NCBI GenBank assembly: GCA_028023455.1
Contig: JAQFVV010000005.1
Span: 22,754,001-22,818,000, forward strand
Direction of reading: 5' to 3'
Origin: Epiperipatus broadwayi
Lineage: Eukaryota > Animalia > Onychophora
Length of the DNA: 64,000 bases
Shown: in pieces, positions 1 to 13,500 of the stretch
Position numbering within the stretch: position 1 is the first letter of the stretch
Layout of the letters: each line of letters begins with the position of its first letter
Translations under genes and position numbers: made by a program
The notes under the pieces: generated by a model
What the model was told of the DNA's origin: nothing
The model's input: the letters and a program-made list of their open reading frames with translations, nothing else
The model's database searches: none

Positions 1-51
1 CTAAAAAAAAATATGCCTATGTGTTTGAAAAGGAATGTTTTTAATAAATGT

Positions 52-484
52 GTTTTACCAGTTCTCACTTATGGATCTGAGACTTGGACACTTAATAGAA
101 GAGCAATACGTAGACTTCAGACCACTCAAAGAAGTATGGAGAGATGTATGTTTGGAGTAACAAGAAGAGATTGAAAATGCATTATATGAGTAAGAGAACA
201 AACAGGTGTTACTGACCTCATTGAAAAAAATTAAAAGACTGAAGTGGAGTTGGGCTGGACATATTGCTAGAATAGATGATAATAGATGGACAAGAAATCT
301 TAAACTGGATTTCAAAAGATTGTAAAAGATCCAGAAAGAGACCACATGTGAGATGGATGGATTAAATAAGAATGTATGCAGGGGTGATGTGGAGCAGAGA
401 TGCTAAAGATCAGAGAAGATGGATTGAACTTGGAGAGACCATCATCCTGCAGTGGATTAATAATGGTTGTTGATGATGATGATG
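52..484 (+). mobile_element. RTE-clade LINE 3' fragment with (GAT)n tail
   Basis: Frameshifted translation VLPVLTYGSETW...KRLKWSWAGHIAR...RWT...RW; ends in a gatgatgat repeat. Confidence 0.85.
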
Positions 485-1424
485 GCCTGTTTAGTCCCTA
501 GACTTGTTTAGCCACATTTGGAGGCAAGTTTCTTTGCAATATTAGTTATCAAGGATAATACATGATAACATCCATCATCGTGGTTGTTGCAAGTACATCT
601 GCACACTTCTAACTTCCATGAGCAAGTATCCTCTCATCGCTATTTCAGACCAATCCTTCACTTATAATTAATTGTTAGAATTCCTGTTCTAATTGGTTGG
701 GCCACTAGTATCCTGTTGACATTGTGTAATGTTAATTATCTATAGATGGCCAGTTACTAGCTTCTTTTTAATTGTCACTAATTAATTAAATTATTTTCTG
801 ATGGAATTTTGTTATCTCATTTGCTCTTTAGGAATTTAATTAAGATTGTTTCCTGGATTAATAATTAATCTTTTAGTAATATTAATTCTTTTATCTACTG
901 CTTCAATCATTTTTTATTTTACATTATACTTAAATGTATTACTCTACTTTTTATAACTTTAATTGTGTACGTATTTCACATACACACACATATATATAAC
1001 ACAAATGTTAATCTCTATTTCTAGCTATATATGTGTAAGTATTTTAATGTACACATATAAACGTAGCAAGTCTGCCACTGCTGTAAATTGTACAAGGTTT
1101 AAGGTTATTTAAACCATTGAATTGAAAGTTTGAACACCTAAATCTGAATTCAAGTCTACTTGTTTGATCAAGTATAGAGATCTGATACTTGTTCTGCACC
1201 TATATATTTTAATGATGACAATTATAAACTATGACAATATATTAAATGCTTTAAAGAGAGGGGGAAGGGATTAAAAGCTTTTTTGTGTGTGAAAACTATT
1301 CTAAATAATGAGTTGCATCATTTATTTTGTTATATGTTTCTCAAATTAATTAATATAAAATCCCTTAGTTATATTTTATTATTTATTTTTAATATTTTAA
1401 GATCTAATATTTTTTTTTTTGCAG

Positions 1425-1538
1425 AACCTCTCTCCCCTTGTCCTGAAAATGAAATCCTGAAATTAATTGATAATAGGGAAATATGTGAATGTATTGAAGG
1501 GTATGTAAGAGAAAGAAGTGGACAATGTTCACCACCAA
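1425..1538 (+). CDS. Exon 1 in window, EGF-like module (EPLSPCPENE...CECIEGYVRERSGQCSPP)
   Basis: T-tract + gcag acceptor, gtaagt donor, 114 nt, phase 1-1, CxCxxGY motif. Confidence 0.88.
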
Positions 1539-4500
1539 GTAAGTGATGTCTTTGTTTATTTTTTTATTAAATCATTAACGTGATATATAACTAAAGGAAA
1601 AATAAAAACATAATAAAAACACAGAATTACTTCTATAAAACTGCTTTAATATTTCAACCAGTCATCAGAAAGCAAAATGGCTACTTACAGAAATTAAGCG
1701 CTAAAATATTACTGACAGTTAGTTACGTACCAGATAACAAAACTAATTCCTATAGGCTAAAAATCTTTAAAAACTTTGTATAAATATATATATATTTACA
1801 AAACTTTGGGTTCTAGTAAACTATTAACTGTGCAGCCTTTGGTGGCGCTGTTTCTGTGTAAAAACACAGAATTATACCGCTTTCGCGGCCGAACCTACGG
1901 CTAATATACGAGTGATCATTAATATACGAGTAGATCGTATGTAGTGGTTATAATACGCGGCCAACAATATTATGATCGTATAGTTTGCCGTTGATTTCAT
2001 TGCGGGTTGAATTCCTATGCATATTGACAGAATTTGTATTGTCGCTAGAATTTAAGATGAAAGTGTGAGCATTGTCATCTTTTTCAAGTGTTTATTTGTT
2101 GATGTTTATGATTTTCTGTACTTCCCAACTGAAAGATTTTTGCGTACTAGTAATTTTCAGCGCATTATTAATATTTGTCAAATTTTTATTTTTTGGCTTT
2201 TTGGGGTGTCAAAAAAGACAAAATACAATTTCTCAAGCTCTCTGGCAGACGATTGGAGTTGTTTGCGAAAAAATACCGTTTCTGTCGTGACTCGGACGAG
2301 AGTTGAAAAAGAAGAACAAAATGTCTACTACGTTATTATATTTGTGGGACGTCCCAAACAGAGAAAGTGAGGCAGTTGCATTTTTGCAAGCCCAAAACAT
2401 CCTGCCATTCGTTACAGTTGATTTAGTTCAGTCATATGTGGTTAATAAGTTTATTTTCTGGAAAGAATTTGTGTTTTGTTTGCGATTATTTTTATCTGTA
2501 AATCATGTAATTAACACCCAGAATGACAGTGTTAAAAAGGGGCGGCGTAGTTTGTTGGACATCTCTTGATTGATTGATTTTTTAAAAAAAAAAATAATAA
2601 TTCTTCTTTTGACATACCTATTCGTTCCGTTTAGAAGCAAAAATAGGTTTTTTGTTGTTGTTTTAAATCAATAAACAGCACGTTAAGTAGATTTTAAAAA
2701 TGAACCCGAGCTTAATTTTTGTTGTTAAAAAAGAATAAAAATACCGGACGTTTTATTTGTTATGAAAACAAAAAATCTTTAACAAACTTGTACGATTCTT
2801 AAAAAAGATAAATAAATAAATTTACAGAATGTAACAAAACCGGTTAACATACATATTTTTTAAACCATTAAGCTCTGTTTATACATATTTTTTGTGTTAA
2901 AAAAACAATACCGCGATTGACTTTTTTGTTTTTGTTTTGGACGTTTTATTTGTTATTATTAAAAAAAGGAAAAAAAAATCAAAACCCGCCGACACAAAAA
3001 AAAAAACCCATATTTATAAATCTAAGAGAAAAATAAGTCCCGTTTTATTTATTAACAAAAAAAAATCAAAACCCCATTTTATTTGTTATTATTAAAAAAA
3101 AATAAATCAAAACACGCCAACCAAAAAAAAAACCCCCCGTATTTATAAATGTAAGATAAAATACCAAACAATTCTTTTCGTTTATAAGCAAATACGGACA
3201 TCTGAGGCGGAGTTTGTCGGACAGGTTTAAATTTTTTTGTTGCTAAATCAATCAACAGTAAACCCCATCATTTTTAACATAATTCAAAAAGAAAGTGTCG
3301 ATTCTAATTTTAAATAACAACAACAAAAAAAAAAGAAAGTCGTATGTAAAGCAAATTGTGTGTATTTGAGATATTCCAAAAAAAAGTTAAAACTGTCCCT
3401 TATTACTTTGAAATGTATCGAATCCAAAACAAAAAAATAAAAGACGTCTATAAAAAAGAAACAGTAGATTTAGAATGGAAATCCCCCCCCCCCCCCAATA
3501 AAGGCGTATGTCAAAAATTATGTACTTTTGAGATCCAAAAAAATAATTATGTCCAAAACAAACAACAACAATATATTTAAAAAAAATAATAATTTTGTCC
3601 AAAACAAACAACAACAATATATTAAATATTAAAAAAAAAAAATTACAGCCGTATGTCAAAATACGATCTATTAGATAAAAAAAATCTAGCGGCCCGGTAA
3701 TGTTATAACGCTCTGTTTTTAACTAGAAACAGCGCCACCAAAGGCTGCACAGTTAATAGTTTGCTAGAACCAAACTTTGTATAAAAAATACTAAAAAAAT
3801 TATTTCACAAAAAACTTATTTTAAAAAACTAAAATGCTACACACATTATTATCATATATTAAAATATATCAAAAAACAATAATAAAAATATATTATTACA
3901 TGTGTACACACCAAAAAACTAAATATATTCTACTATATGTATTTTACTATATACATATATATCTTATACACATATTTTTTATATTCTACTTCGTACCCAT
4001 GAATATGAATATAGGTACTATCATATCGTTGAGTTACCTGGTTTCCTAGGGATTTGTTTTTTTATTTCCTAAATAGTTATTTTTTGTTTCCTAAATAATT
4101 ATTTTTTGTTTCCTAAATAATTATTTTATAGGTGGACTAGTACGAAGTAGAATAAATATAAAAAATGTGTATAAGATATATATGTATATAGTAAAATACA
4201 TATAGTAGAATATATATATACAGTTTTTTTGGTGGGTATATATGTAATACTATATTTTTATTATTTTTTATTGATATATTTTAATATATGATAATAATAT
4301 GTGTATCATTTTAGTTTTTTAAAATAAGTTTTTTGTGAAATAATTTTTTTAGTATTTTTTATACAAAGTTTTGTAAATATATATATATTTATACAAAATT
4401 TTTAAAGATTTTTGGACTATAGGAATTAGTTTTGTTATCTGATACATAACTGTCTGTAATATTTTAGCGCTTAATTTCTGTAAGTAGCCATTTTGCTTTC

Positions 4501-7500
4501 TGATGAAAACCAGTCTGCTGGTTGAAATATTAAAGCAGTTTTATAGACATAATTCTGTGCTTTTATTATATATATATAATGGGTCTGGTAGTGTAATGGT
4601 AACATATTCTCCTTACACAATTATAACTTGTATTTGAATTCAGAATAGGTAAAACTTGAAAATAACTGGAGGCAATTCAAAGGCCCATTTAGTATTGGTC
4701 AGTAAACAAGTATCTAGAAATTCTTAGCTAGAAAGTAAACTGAGTCTTGAAAACCATTTAAACATTCACCACATAATGATTTGTGTCTTCTCCTTCAATG
4801 CTTCTCTATGAAGGGTTGTCTGAAGAGTTGCCTTTTGCCCTGCTGGGGCTGTTTAAGTACCATTTTTATTTATACCAATCTATGAGGATATGAAACATTC
4901 ATGCCATAATTTATGATCCAGACACACTAATGCCTTCAAATTTTTATAATGATCTACTAAACTATGTCTCTAAGTTGCTTATGAATCAATTCAGAGATGG
5001 CACTGCTGGAAACTTAATGAAAGGGTCAATCTTTTTTCCACTGTCACATCCTGCACATATGTTGTGTATATATCAAAGTAAAATGAAAGAACAATTAAAT
5101 ATTAGCAAAATCAAAATTTATGAAATTTTCTTCATCACAATTATGTTTACACATGTCAAGTAAATAGATCACAAATGAAAACTACAAATAAATATATATA
5201 CACTCAAATCTATATAAATAAAAATGTAAATGTTTGTTTGTTCAAAATCTTAAATCTCTGAACGTTCTTCACCAATTGCTTTGAAATTTTGACACAATGT
5301 TGCATTCGAATACTCATGTGTTTTTATATACCTACTATTATATAGATGTCACATCTCCTTGCAGTAAAAAAATTAATGAGCAATGTCGTAGAAGCAACAA
5401 TCTTGACAGGACCTATCAAAGGTGAAGATGTCCCCATTCCTCGTATTTCTATGATTCCAACATATATGCCATTTCAATTTAAGAGATTGCAATTCCCAGT
5501 TCAATCGGCATTTGCAATCACCATCAACAAAGCTCGGCCAATCTTTAGAATTGTGTGGTTTAGATCTAGACATGGATTGCTTCTCATATGGACAATTATA
5601 TATTCCATGTTCTAGAGTCGGCAAAGCAGACAGTCTCTCTATCTGCACAGACAATGGAACAACAAAAAACATTGTATACCCACAAGCATTGTGAAATTAA
5701 ACATATTAGAAATGTGTGCTTTCTCTTTTCTTTCTTTTCCATTTAACCTGACTGAGCCCCAGCAACGCATGGCCAGGTACGGCTAATAATTACATAAAAT
5801 TGAAAGACAACTATCAAACACTCTTCACATTAAAAGAAGTTCTCATATGATTAATGACTTTAGATCCAAGATAGTTAATCAAAAGAGTCTTTTTAACCGT
5901 TTTTTTAATTATTTTATTATATTTGTAAAAGATAACTTTAGCATCATTAAAGAAACTTTTTTTTTATTAATTATTTTGAACCTTATGGCAGCAGTCCTAT
6001 GAGAACTTATTTTTTTAATGTTAAGAATGTCTGGCAGCTATCTTTGAATTGTGGATAGTTATATGTGGGTATATATTTATTTGTTTTCTTTATAGTTTTT
6101 ACTTAAAAAATTTCGTTTATTTAATTATGAAATTATGATCACAATAAAGAAACGTTTGTAAATTTTGATTTTCTGTTATTAATATTGCTATTTTATTCTA
6201 TTTTTATTAGTAAATCATTAAGCTATGTTGTGTGTGTGTACATATATCACATCACCATAGTTAATGCTTAAATAAACTAATAGAATATCAGCAATCTGTT
6301 ATTGATATAACATTCAGATGTCTGAGTGTGGGGGGTTTTTTAAACATTGGATGTGGTGGTGTGATTTAATGTATGGCAACCAATTAATTATTGGCTTCTA
6401 TGATTTAATATATATTTATATATATCAGAATGAAACAACATAGCAATAAAATATTAATAGAATCAGATTTAATAAAAAGTTTCTAACTTCATGTGTAAAA
6501 ACAAATATGCCTTCTCAAGTGACAATCTATATAAACTATCCATAATTCATTTGTAATTTTCAGCTATCTTTAATGTTAAAGGCAAGTTCACATCAAATTG
6601 ATGGCCTCTCATCGAAAGTAATCAATCTAAACTTTCTTTTTGAGTCTTCTTTTAATTTTAATAACTTCATAAAAGATAATGTTTACATCAATGAACAATG
6701 TTTTGAGATCAGTGTCACAAATATGAATATAAACATCACATGACCACCTCCTCTTATGCTTGTGTATAACTGGTGTTAAAACAGGCAGCACTCACTATAT
6801 ACATTGCCACACACAGCAAGCTAGAGTAATCAATGGATGCCAGAAGGCTTGTGCACAAAATCCCCATCTAGTGCCTACTCATCCAATATCCCCAGACTAG
6901 TTTCTGGCTTGTGGCCTTTGTCAGTGAGGAGCCTTGGATCTGGGGATATTGGATGAGTAGGCACTAGATGGGGATTTTATGCACAAGCCTTCTGGCATCC
7001 ATTGATTACTCTATCTTGCTGTGTGTGGCAATATATATAGTGAGTTTCGCCTGATTTTAAATATGAATATATTATAGAATTAAGGGATTTAATGCTAATT
7101 TTATTTTTATGAATTTTAATTTTTTTGTAAACATTCAATTTTCTTTTTTCCAGCATATACCTTAAATCATTTGCATAGAATTTAATAAATTATTCTTCAA
7201 ATACTTCTACTATTTACTAATCTTTAGAATTAGTTAATAATGAATTTAAAGTAAGCAACTCTCTTATATCCTCCCCTTTTACTAAATAACTTTCTATTAA
7301 GTAATCTTCAAATTGATGATTTAAAAAGAAATAAAAAAAATTTTGATCATTATACTCAACTACTGTCTTCAAACCAAATCAGTATATTTTTTTCGTAAAT
7401 AAACATTTTTAATCAATTGTCAAAATAAACTACAATAATATAATCATTACAAAATTGTTTTTTTTTTTTTTTTAACTAAGGGTATTACTTTCAAGATTAT

Positions 7501-10500
7501 TTAATCTTTTATTTTTATACAAAAACTGAAAAATGTTTCATTTACAAAAAAAAAACAATTTTGATTTGAAGATAGTAGTTGATAATAATAATAAATAAAA
7601 AAACTTCAAGAAACATTTTTATTTATATATGCGTATAAAAAACTTTTTAAAAATATAAAATAAATTTTCTTTCTTACAGTATTCTTGTTGTTAATTGATT
7701 TAAAGTTAAAACGTATTAGAAATAGTCTAAGAATATTTCTAAATATGAGTGCTGCCTGCTTTTATTTTGATTTAGCAAGAATATTTGAAAGCTTAAGGCA
7801 ATTTATTTCTTACTTTACAATGCATTTTTATTGTATTTATGTGAATTAAAAATACAATTTATCCAAACCACTTTGAACACAAATCCTTTATTGTACATAT
7901 ATACATACACTTTATGTTTTGACTGTCCTGCAGACTTCTTCAGAGCTTCTTTTATCTTGAAAGTGAAACTGAAAGAAGCTCTGAAGAAGACTGCAGGACA
8001 GTTGAAACATAAGGTGTATGTATATATGTACAATAAAGGATTTTAAACCACTAAACATCACATGATCACTATCTCACTACTATATGGAGAGTTTTGCTGC
8101 ATTTTGAATTGTTTAATAAAGGATTTTGCGGAAAAGTATTCATAGTGGTGTGCATAAATTGTATTTATAAGTTATTTCAGCAAAATAAAGGAAAGTGTGA
8201 TTTTGGTAAAATTTCTGAATAAAAGATTTTTTATTTTCTACTTTTTAGCTTTATAGTTGCAAAAATTAATTTTAGATACAATTTAATACTGCTAGAAACC
8301 AATGTCGTAACTATATTGAATCCCATATAAAATAAAAAAAGGAAATTTTTCACTTTTTTTTTTTTTGCTAAAATTGTTTGCAAATTTTAAAACAATGTAT
8401 TGTCATCAGGAATACTTTGGATCTAGATCAGAAATTGGGAAGTGGAGTAAAATTGAATTATACAAGATTTCATCAGACAGACAGACAATAAAGCAGAGCA
8501 AGTTAAATAACAGTGTATAAAAGAGCTTATTTCTTTATCTTTTAAATGGTTAATTTGTAGATTGCTTAACAGCAGTAGTCACCTCCCCATCCACCACTGA
8601 CTCCCAATTGTGGAGGGAGGGGGAATCAGATAGTAAAAATATTTCAGGTATAACGGGATGTATCGTTTTTCATATATATAATCTTGAAAGATTGCATGTA
8701 TATATATATAACGATACACGTAAATGCGTAATTGTTTAAAAAAATATTTATTCTTAAATTATTCCATTTTATCGCCCAGCATATTTATGAGCATCACTTT
8801 ATGACCTCAAGCGCCAATCCTATATTTCTATAAGAATTATGCTGGGATAGCTGGAATACCAATATGGAAATGCCCTGTACTAGCTCTGCTCAGGGCTGGT
8901 GGTAAAATTACCGGCAGTAGATCTAACCCGCCCTTTTCTTTTTATTTTAAAAAAAAACCTCATAACACAAAAACAAAAAACATTTTATACACATTTATTA
9001 GCAATGATATTTACGTATCTATAAAAAAAAAAAACACATATATTATTTACGTAAGTTGAATTAGTGTCTCTTTTCTCTTTTAAATCAAAGATTCATATCA
9101 GTTTCTTTTTTTTTTGTTTGCTCTTTTCTTTTTCTTGCCAAAACTCCCACACACACTCAAATATGCTATAATATGTATTTTGCACCGAAGATTTAATTGT
9201 GGATTAATTTATAAACTAATAAATCCTGTAGGAAATAATTTTGAACTTTCCGTGCAAAAGAAAAGAAATTTTAAGTTCACAATTGTCAAATAACAGTTTT
9301 CTCCATTTTGTGGAGTAAGCTTACTAAAAGTGACATATATATGCAAATAGGAAAAAATAATACCTGCGTTTCCCCGGGGAATTGATCGAATTCACCTGGT
9401 GAAAAGGGAATTTCCGGTCCATTGTCGGTGAACAAACTTTGTTGTTTTTTTTTGAAGTTCGGGTTCCATGGCTAAAGTCCATTTATTTATTTATTTTCTT
9501 CCTCTTGTGGCGATTCAACATTGTTGCTTATTGAGGCGAATTCTCCGGGCTTGATGTCCCTTCTCCGATATCGGCAACTGCTATACTTTCGGGGGAAGGA
9601 TTCGAACACCTCGCACGTTGAAGCTTCTACCCCAGCCTGACCATATTTTATCAATATATAATCTGATTTCTGGATTCTTATTTTTGTATATCAGTCTAAC
9701 GTCTGCCTTCTTCTCCGTCCAAACTTATACTAAACCTTAATTCTTTTTTTTTTTAATTATAAAAATTTATCTTTCTTTTCATTCATTTTCAATTATATTT
9801 CCAATCACATTCCATATGCCTTTGTTGGAATGCACCACAAAAGCTTTTTACACCTATTTCTTTCCAATTAATATTTAATTAGAATTAGACATTCCAAAAT
9901 TTTTATAATAATTACTTCCATTGTTCTGCAAAATCACTGTCTTCCATCTTGACATTTATAGTTCTTTTGTTGACTTAATATGTATATATTTAAAAAGTTT
10001 ATCAAACAAAATGGTTCAAAAACACACACACATATACATAGCGATGTGTATAGCTGGGTTTGGCAAAAGAAAGAGAAAAAAAATCAGAGCAAGTGTATAA
10101 CCCCCCCATACCTCTTTTATGAGTTCTTTTTAATTAAAATAACTAAATCAATTCAATACGATCACGCAAATGACCGTTGATTGTACATCAACTTGTAAAT
10201 ATTAGTTTTGTTAGTAAAGTAATATATATTTTTAATAATACGTTAGTAATAAGATATATCTTTTTTAATAATGCGTTAAGTATACAAATACGTATTTGTC
10301 TAATTATTGCAACAGGGTTTGATTATACCTGCCCTGTTGCACAGGAATAGTTTGTAAAATTCCATGCATCTGTTTTAAGGTCTATGTTGGGGAATGTAAA
10401 GTATGTAAATTTATGAAAGAATTATTGTTCACAAAGATTGTCTTCTGTGAAGTTAATGATATTAAAGAAAGAATCAAAGAAATATTTTTGATTGATTATT

Positions 10501-13500
10501 TTGAATCTAGTTTGATTAGAATAGCTCTTAATACTAAGTATAATTGAAAACTACCTTTGAATTGTGGATAGTTTTTTTAATGTATTTATAAGTATTGTTT
10601 GTTTTAGTTTTTCACTTAAAAAAGTCTGTTTATTTTTGTAGGTGAAACCAAAGAATGTGAGAATTTTTATTAAATTTGATTTTATTAACATTTTATTTCA
10701 TTTTACTTGGTGCTGTATTATGGAGGGGGGGGTGGCGTTATTCTTTCAGTACTAGTTGGGTAGCATAAATAACTTTATTAAAAGAGAAAAACTAACAATT
10801 TAAACTTAACAACACAAGTTTATTCCCTCGCCGATAAATATATATAAATAATAATTAAAAATTACTTGTGGATTTCTAAAGTCATTGTAATCTATGATTG
10901 TGTGAATTAACTTATTCATATGCACAGTTATTTAAATAAAATCCATATAATTGTATAATACCCTTAACTACAATTCTTAGACATATAGATATTTGTTTAT
11001 TCAATATATCAGTCTATCTCTTAGTAAACCATTGCGGGTTTTTATATCAATCACTCCTGCATAATCTAGATTCATTTACATTTTTAATCTTTTATTATTA
11101 TTCAAAAATATTCAGATTGTATATAATTTTTTCTAGAATGAATATACTAATGATGGGTGATAATTATACATGCCCCATCTATACATAATTACAAAATTTT
11201 AATCAACTTTATTAATATACACACACAGACAGTTCATATGGATTATTTTTACTAGTGTAGTATTAAGTTTTTATATTTTTATGAATCATAGACCAAACAT
11301 AGTAATACCTAGTATTTTCCTGAAGGTTTGTGATGATGGTATTTTAGTTGTATTTATATATTGGTCTATTTCCATCATCTAATATAAGTATTGGATGTCT
11401 TTAGAAAAGTTTAACTTTATTTAAATATTCCAAATACATTCAACTGATAGTAATAGCATACAGATTAGTATATGCACAATTCTCCCCTCTTCTTCAAGTG
11501 TTGCTGGCCTGATCAGTGACGGTACTAGCACGGGAATCAAACCTGGACCCATAGATTCTTGAGTATTGAATTTTAAGGTAACACTCTAACCAATTGAGCC
11601 ATCCTTCTAAAGGCAATAGTCGGTAGAAATTTCATATACTTATCTATGAGGTTCCTCATGATTTCTCACTTTTTCCTAAGAGCAAAGTATAGTGGTTTCC
11701 AAACATTACATATAGTCACACTAGGTACAATTACGGGGTTGTTCACCATTGTCATGTGAGCAGCTTATTCAATTTTTTTCTTTGTATCCAATATTTTGTA
11801 TTTTCCCAATTGAACATATGTTCATTGAAACATACTTGGTCTGCTACCTTAGATACATCTTGTTTTTTTGCTTCTTATCAGTTTGTTTTAGCAAGTACTT
11901 TTCAATGGGATGATTGCTCTCACCAGTGTACATTTTTTTATATTGATATGGTATTTCGTAGATGCAATTTTCCATTTCACCATTTCAGGTTTAGGCTTTG
12001 TAGATGTTAGAATTCCTTAGATTGTGGTATGGCTCTGGAAAGCTGTTCTGATGTTATACTGATTGCAGATTTTCCTTAATTTGTCTGCTATTTTTGGTAT
12101 GTATAGTTATCCTACCATACCAATAATTGTTTTTTCTTTTGATGTTTTTTTTTGTTGTCTATTTAAGGTTTTCTTAATATCTGATGGATAAATGTTTTTC
12201 ATAAGAGTTTGTTCTATATAGATCTTTTCTTTTTCCAAGTCGCTGGTTTCTGAACAAACTTCTTTTGCTCTGTTCCATAGTGATAGTATAACACCATGTT
12301 TTGTGTTTCTGTGAGATTGGATGTATAGGTTAAGTATTTACCTGTATGTATAGGTATTCTGTAAACTGTAGTAGTTTTCGTTTTGCCACGAAAGAGTCTT
12401 GTCACAACATCTGCTGATGTATTTCCAGAACGTTTGTAGTAGTGCTTTACCATGTGGCCATACAACAAAGGTATAATCTACATAGTGAAGCCAAACTTTA
12501 GGTTGATATGGAGTAGTTTTTAGGGCTGTGTTTCAAGGTTTTCTATGTAAATATTGCTAATCAGGGGTGACATTGGTGAGCCCATAGCCATTCCTTGATT
12601 TTCGTGGAAGAATTCTGTGTTATATTGAAATTAAGTTGTTTTTATGCAGAATGTAATACTTCTATTATACTATCAATAGGAAGAATTGTTCTGGCTTATA
12701 AATTATTTTCACTATTTAACCTGTAACCTCCCTATTGGCTGAAATACTCCAGAAATAACAAATGGGAAATGGATAAAACTGGTAGCAGAATAGAAGATGA
12801 AAATTAGCGGGGATATCTTTTTCCTAGGATATGTTTCAAAGTCCCTAATCAGCTTGTTAATCTACAGGGGCCAAGATCCTATAAAAATGTTCCCTGCTGA
12901 TTTAAGCCAATAGGGAGTTACAGGTGGTGAATTTATTCAATCCAATTATTTCCAATTCAGTAAATTTAATTATAATTCACATTAATTAAATTTTTTTTCT
13001 TAACAAAAATGATCTATTTGGTAATGATCTCTACTTTTAATATAACATTTTAAATAAACTACAATCATTTTAATACATATATATTTCAATTATCACTGTT
13101 TACTACCATTATTGAAACTATGACTACTTCTACTGATTAAATAAATACTTTCACAAGCAGAGAGTTTTAGCCAGGTTTTGCAATATGAGCCATTTCACAT
13201 CAAAATTCTTCCACATTTATTTGGGAGGGGAGGAATTACTAAATATGGTATCAAAGCATGCGAGCATTTGACCAGTTTCAAAGCAAATAGTTTTTTATTG
13301 GTCTCACACAAGATCAGAACTAAGAACTCCTCTTTGCTACATCTACTTTTGCTCATACAATAAAATTATTTGATTTTTTTTTTAAGTAACTTTATTCATT
13401 TTATTTATAATATTATTCATTATCCTTAACTATGTTATATGAAATATTCAGAGTTTTCCACAAATAATAAATAATTTGTTTGTTTTTTTAAAGTGTAATT

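Larger units (their letters stand above)
1610..4569. mobile_element. Head-to-head inverted hammerhead-bearing repeat (family A); left arm split by a Merlin-like insertion
   Basis: 1610-1808 plus 3772-3995 is the reverse complement of ~4140-4569; hammerhead motif in both arms. Confidence 0.75.

Noticed and set aside
1610-4569. Family A as a long-TIR foldback DNA transposon
   Set aside because: No clear TSD, and the arms carry a hammerhead motif in the same head-to-head orientation as the retroelement-type palindromes.
8990-10300. Old foldback element around the 9.4-kb Pol III-like segment
   Set aside because: Inverted similarity (~9115-9220 vs ~9995-10100) is weak and low-complexity.
11500-11610. 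Functional tRNA gene
   Set aside because: A/B boxes are present but no acceptor stem or clean anticodon arm; treated as a SINE head.
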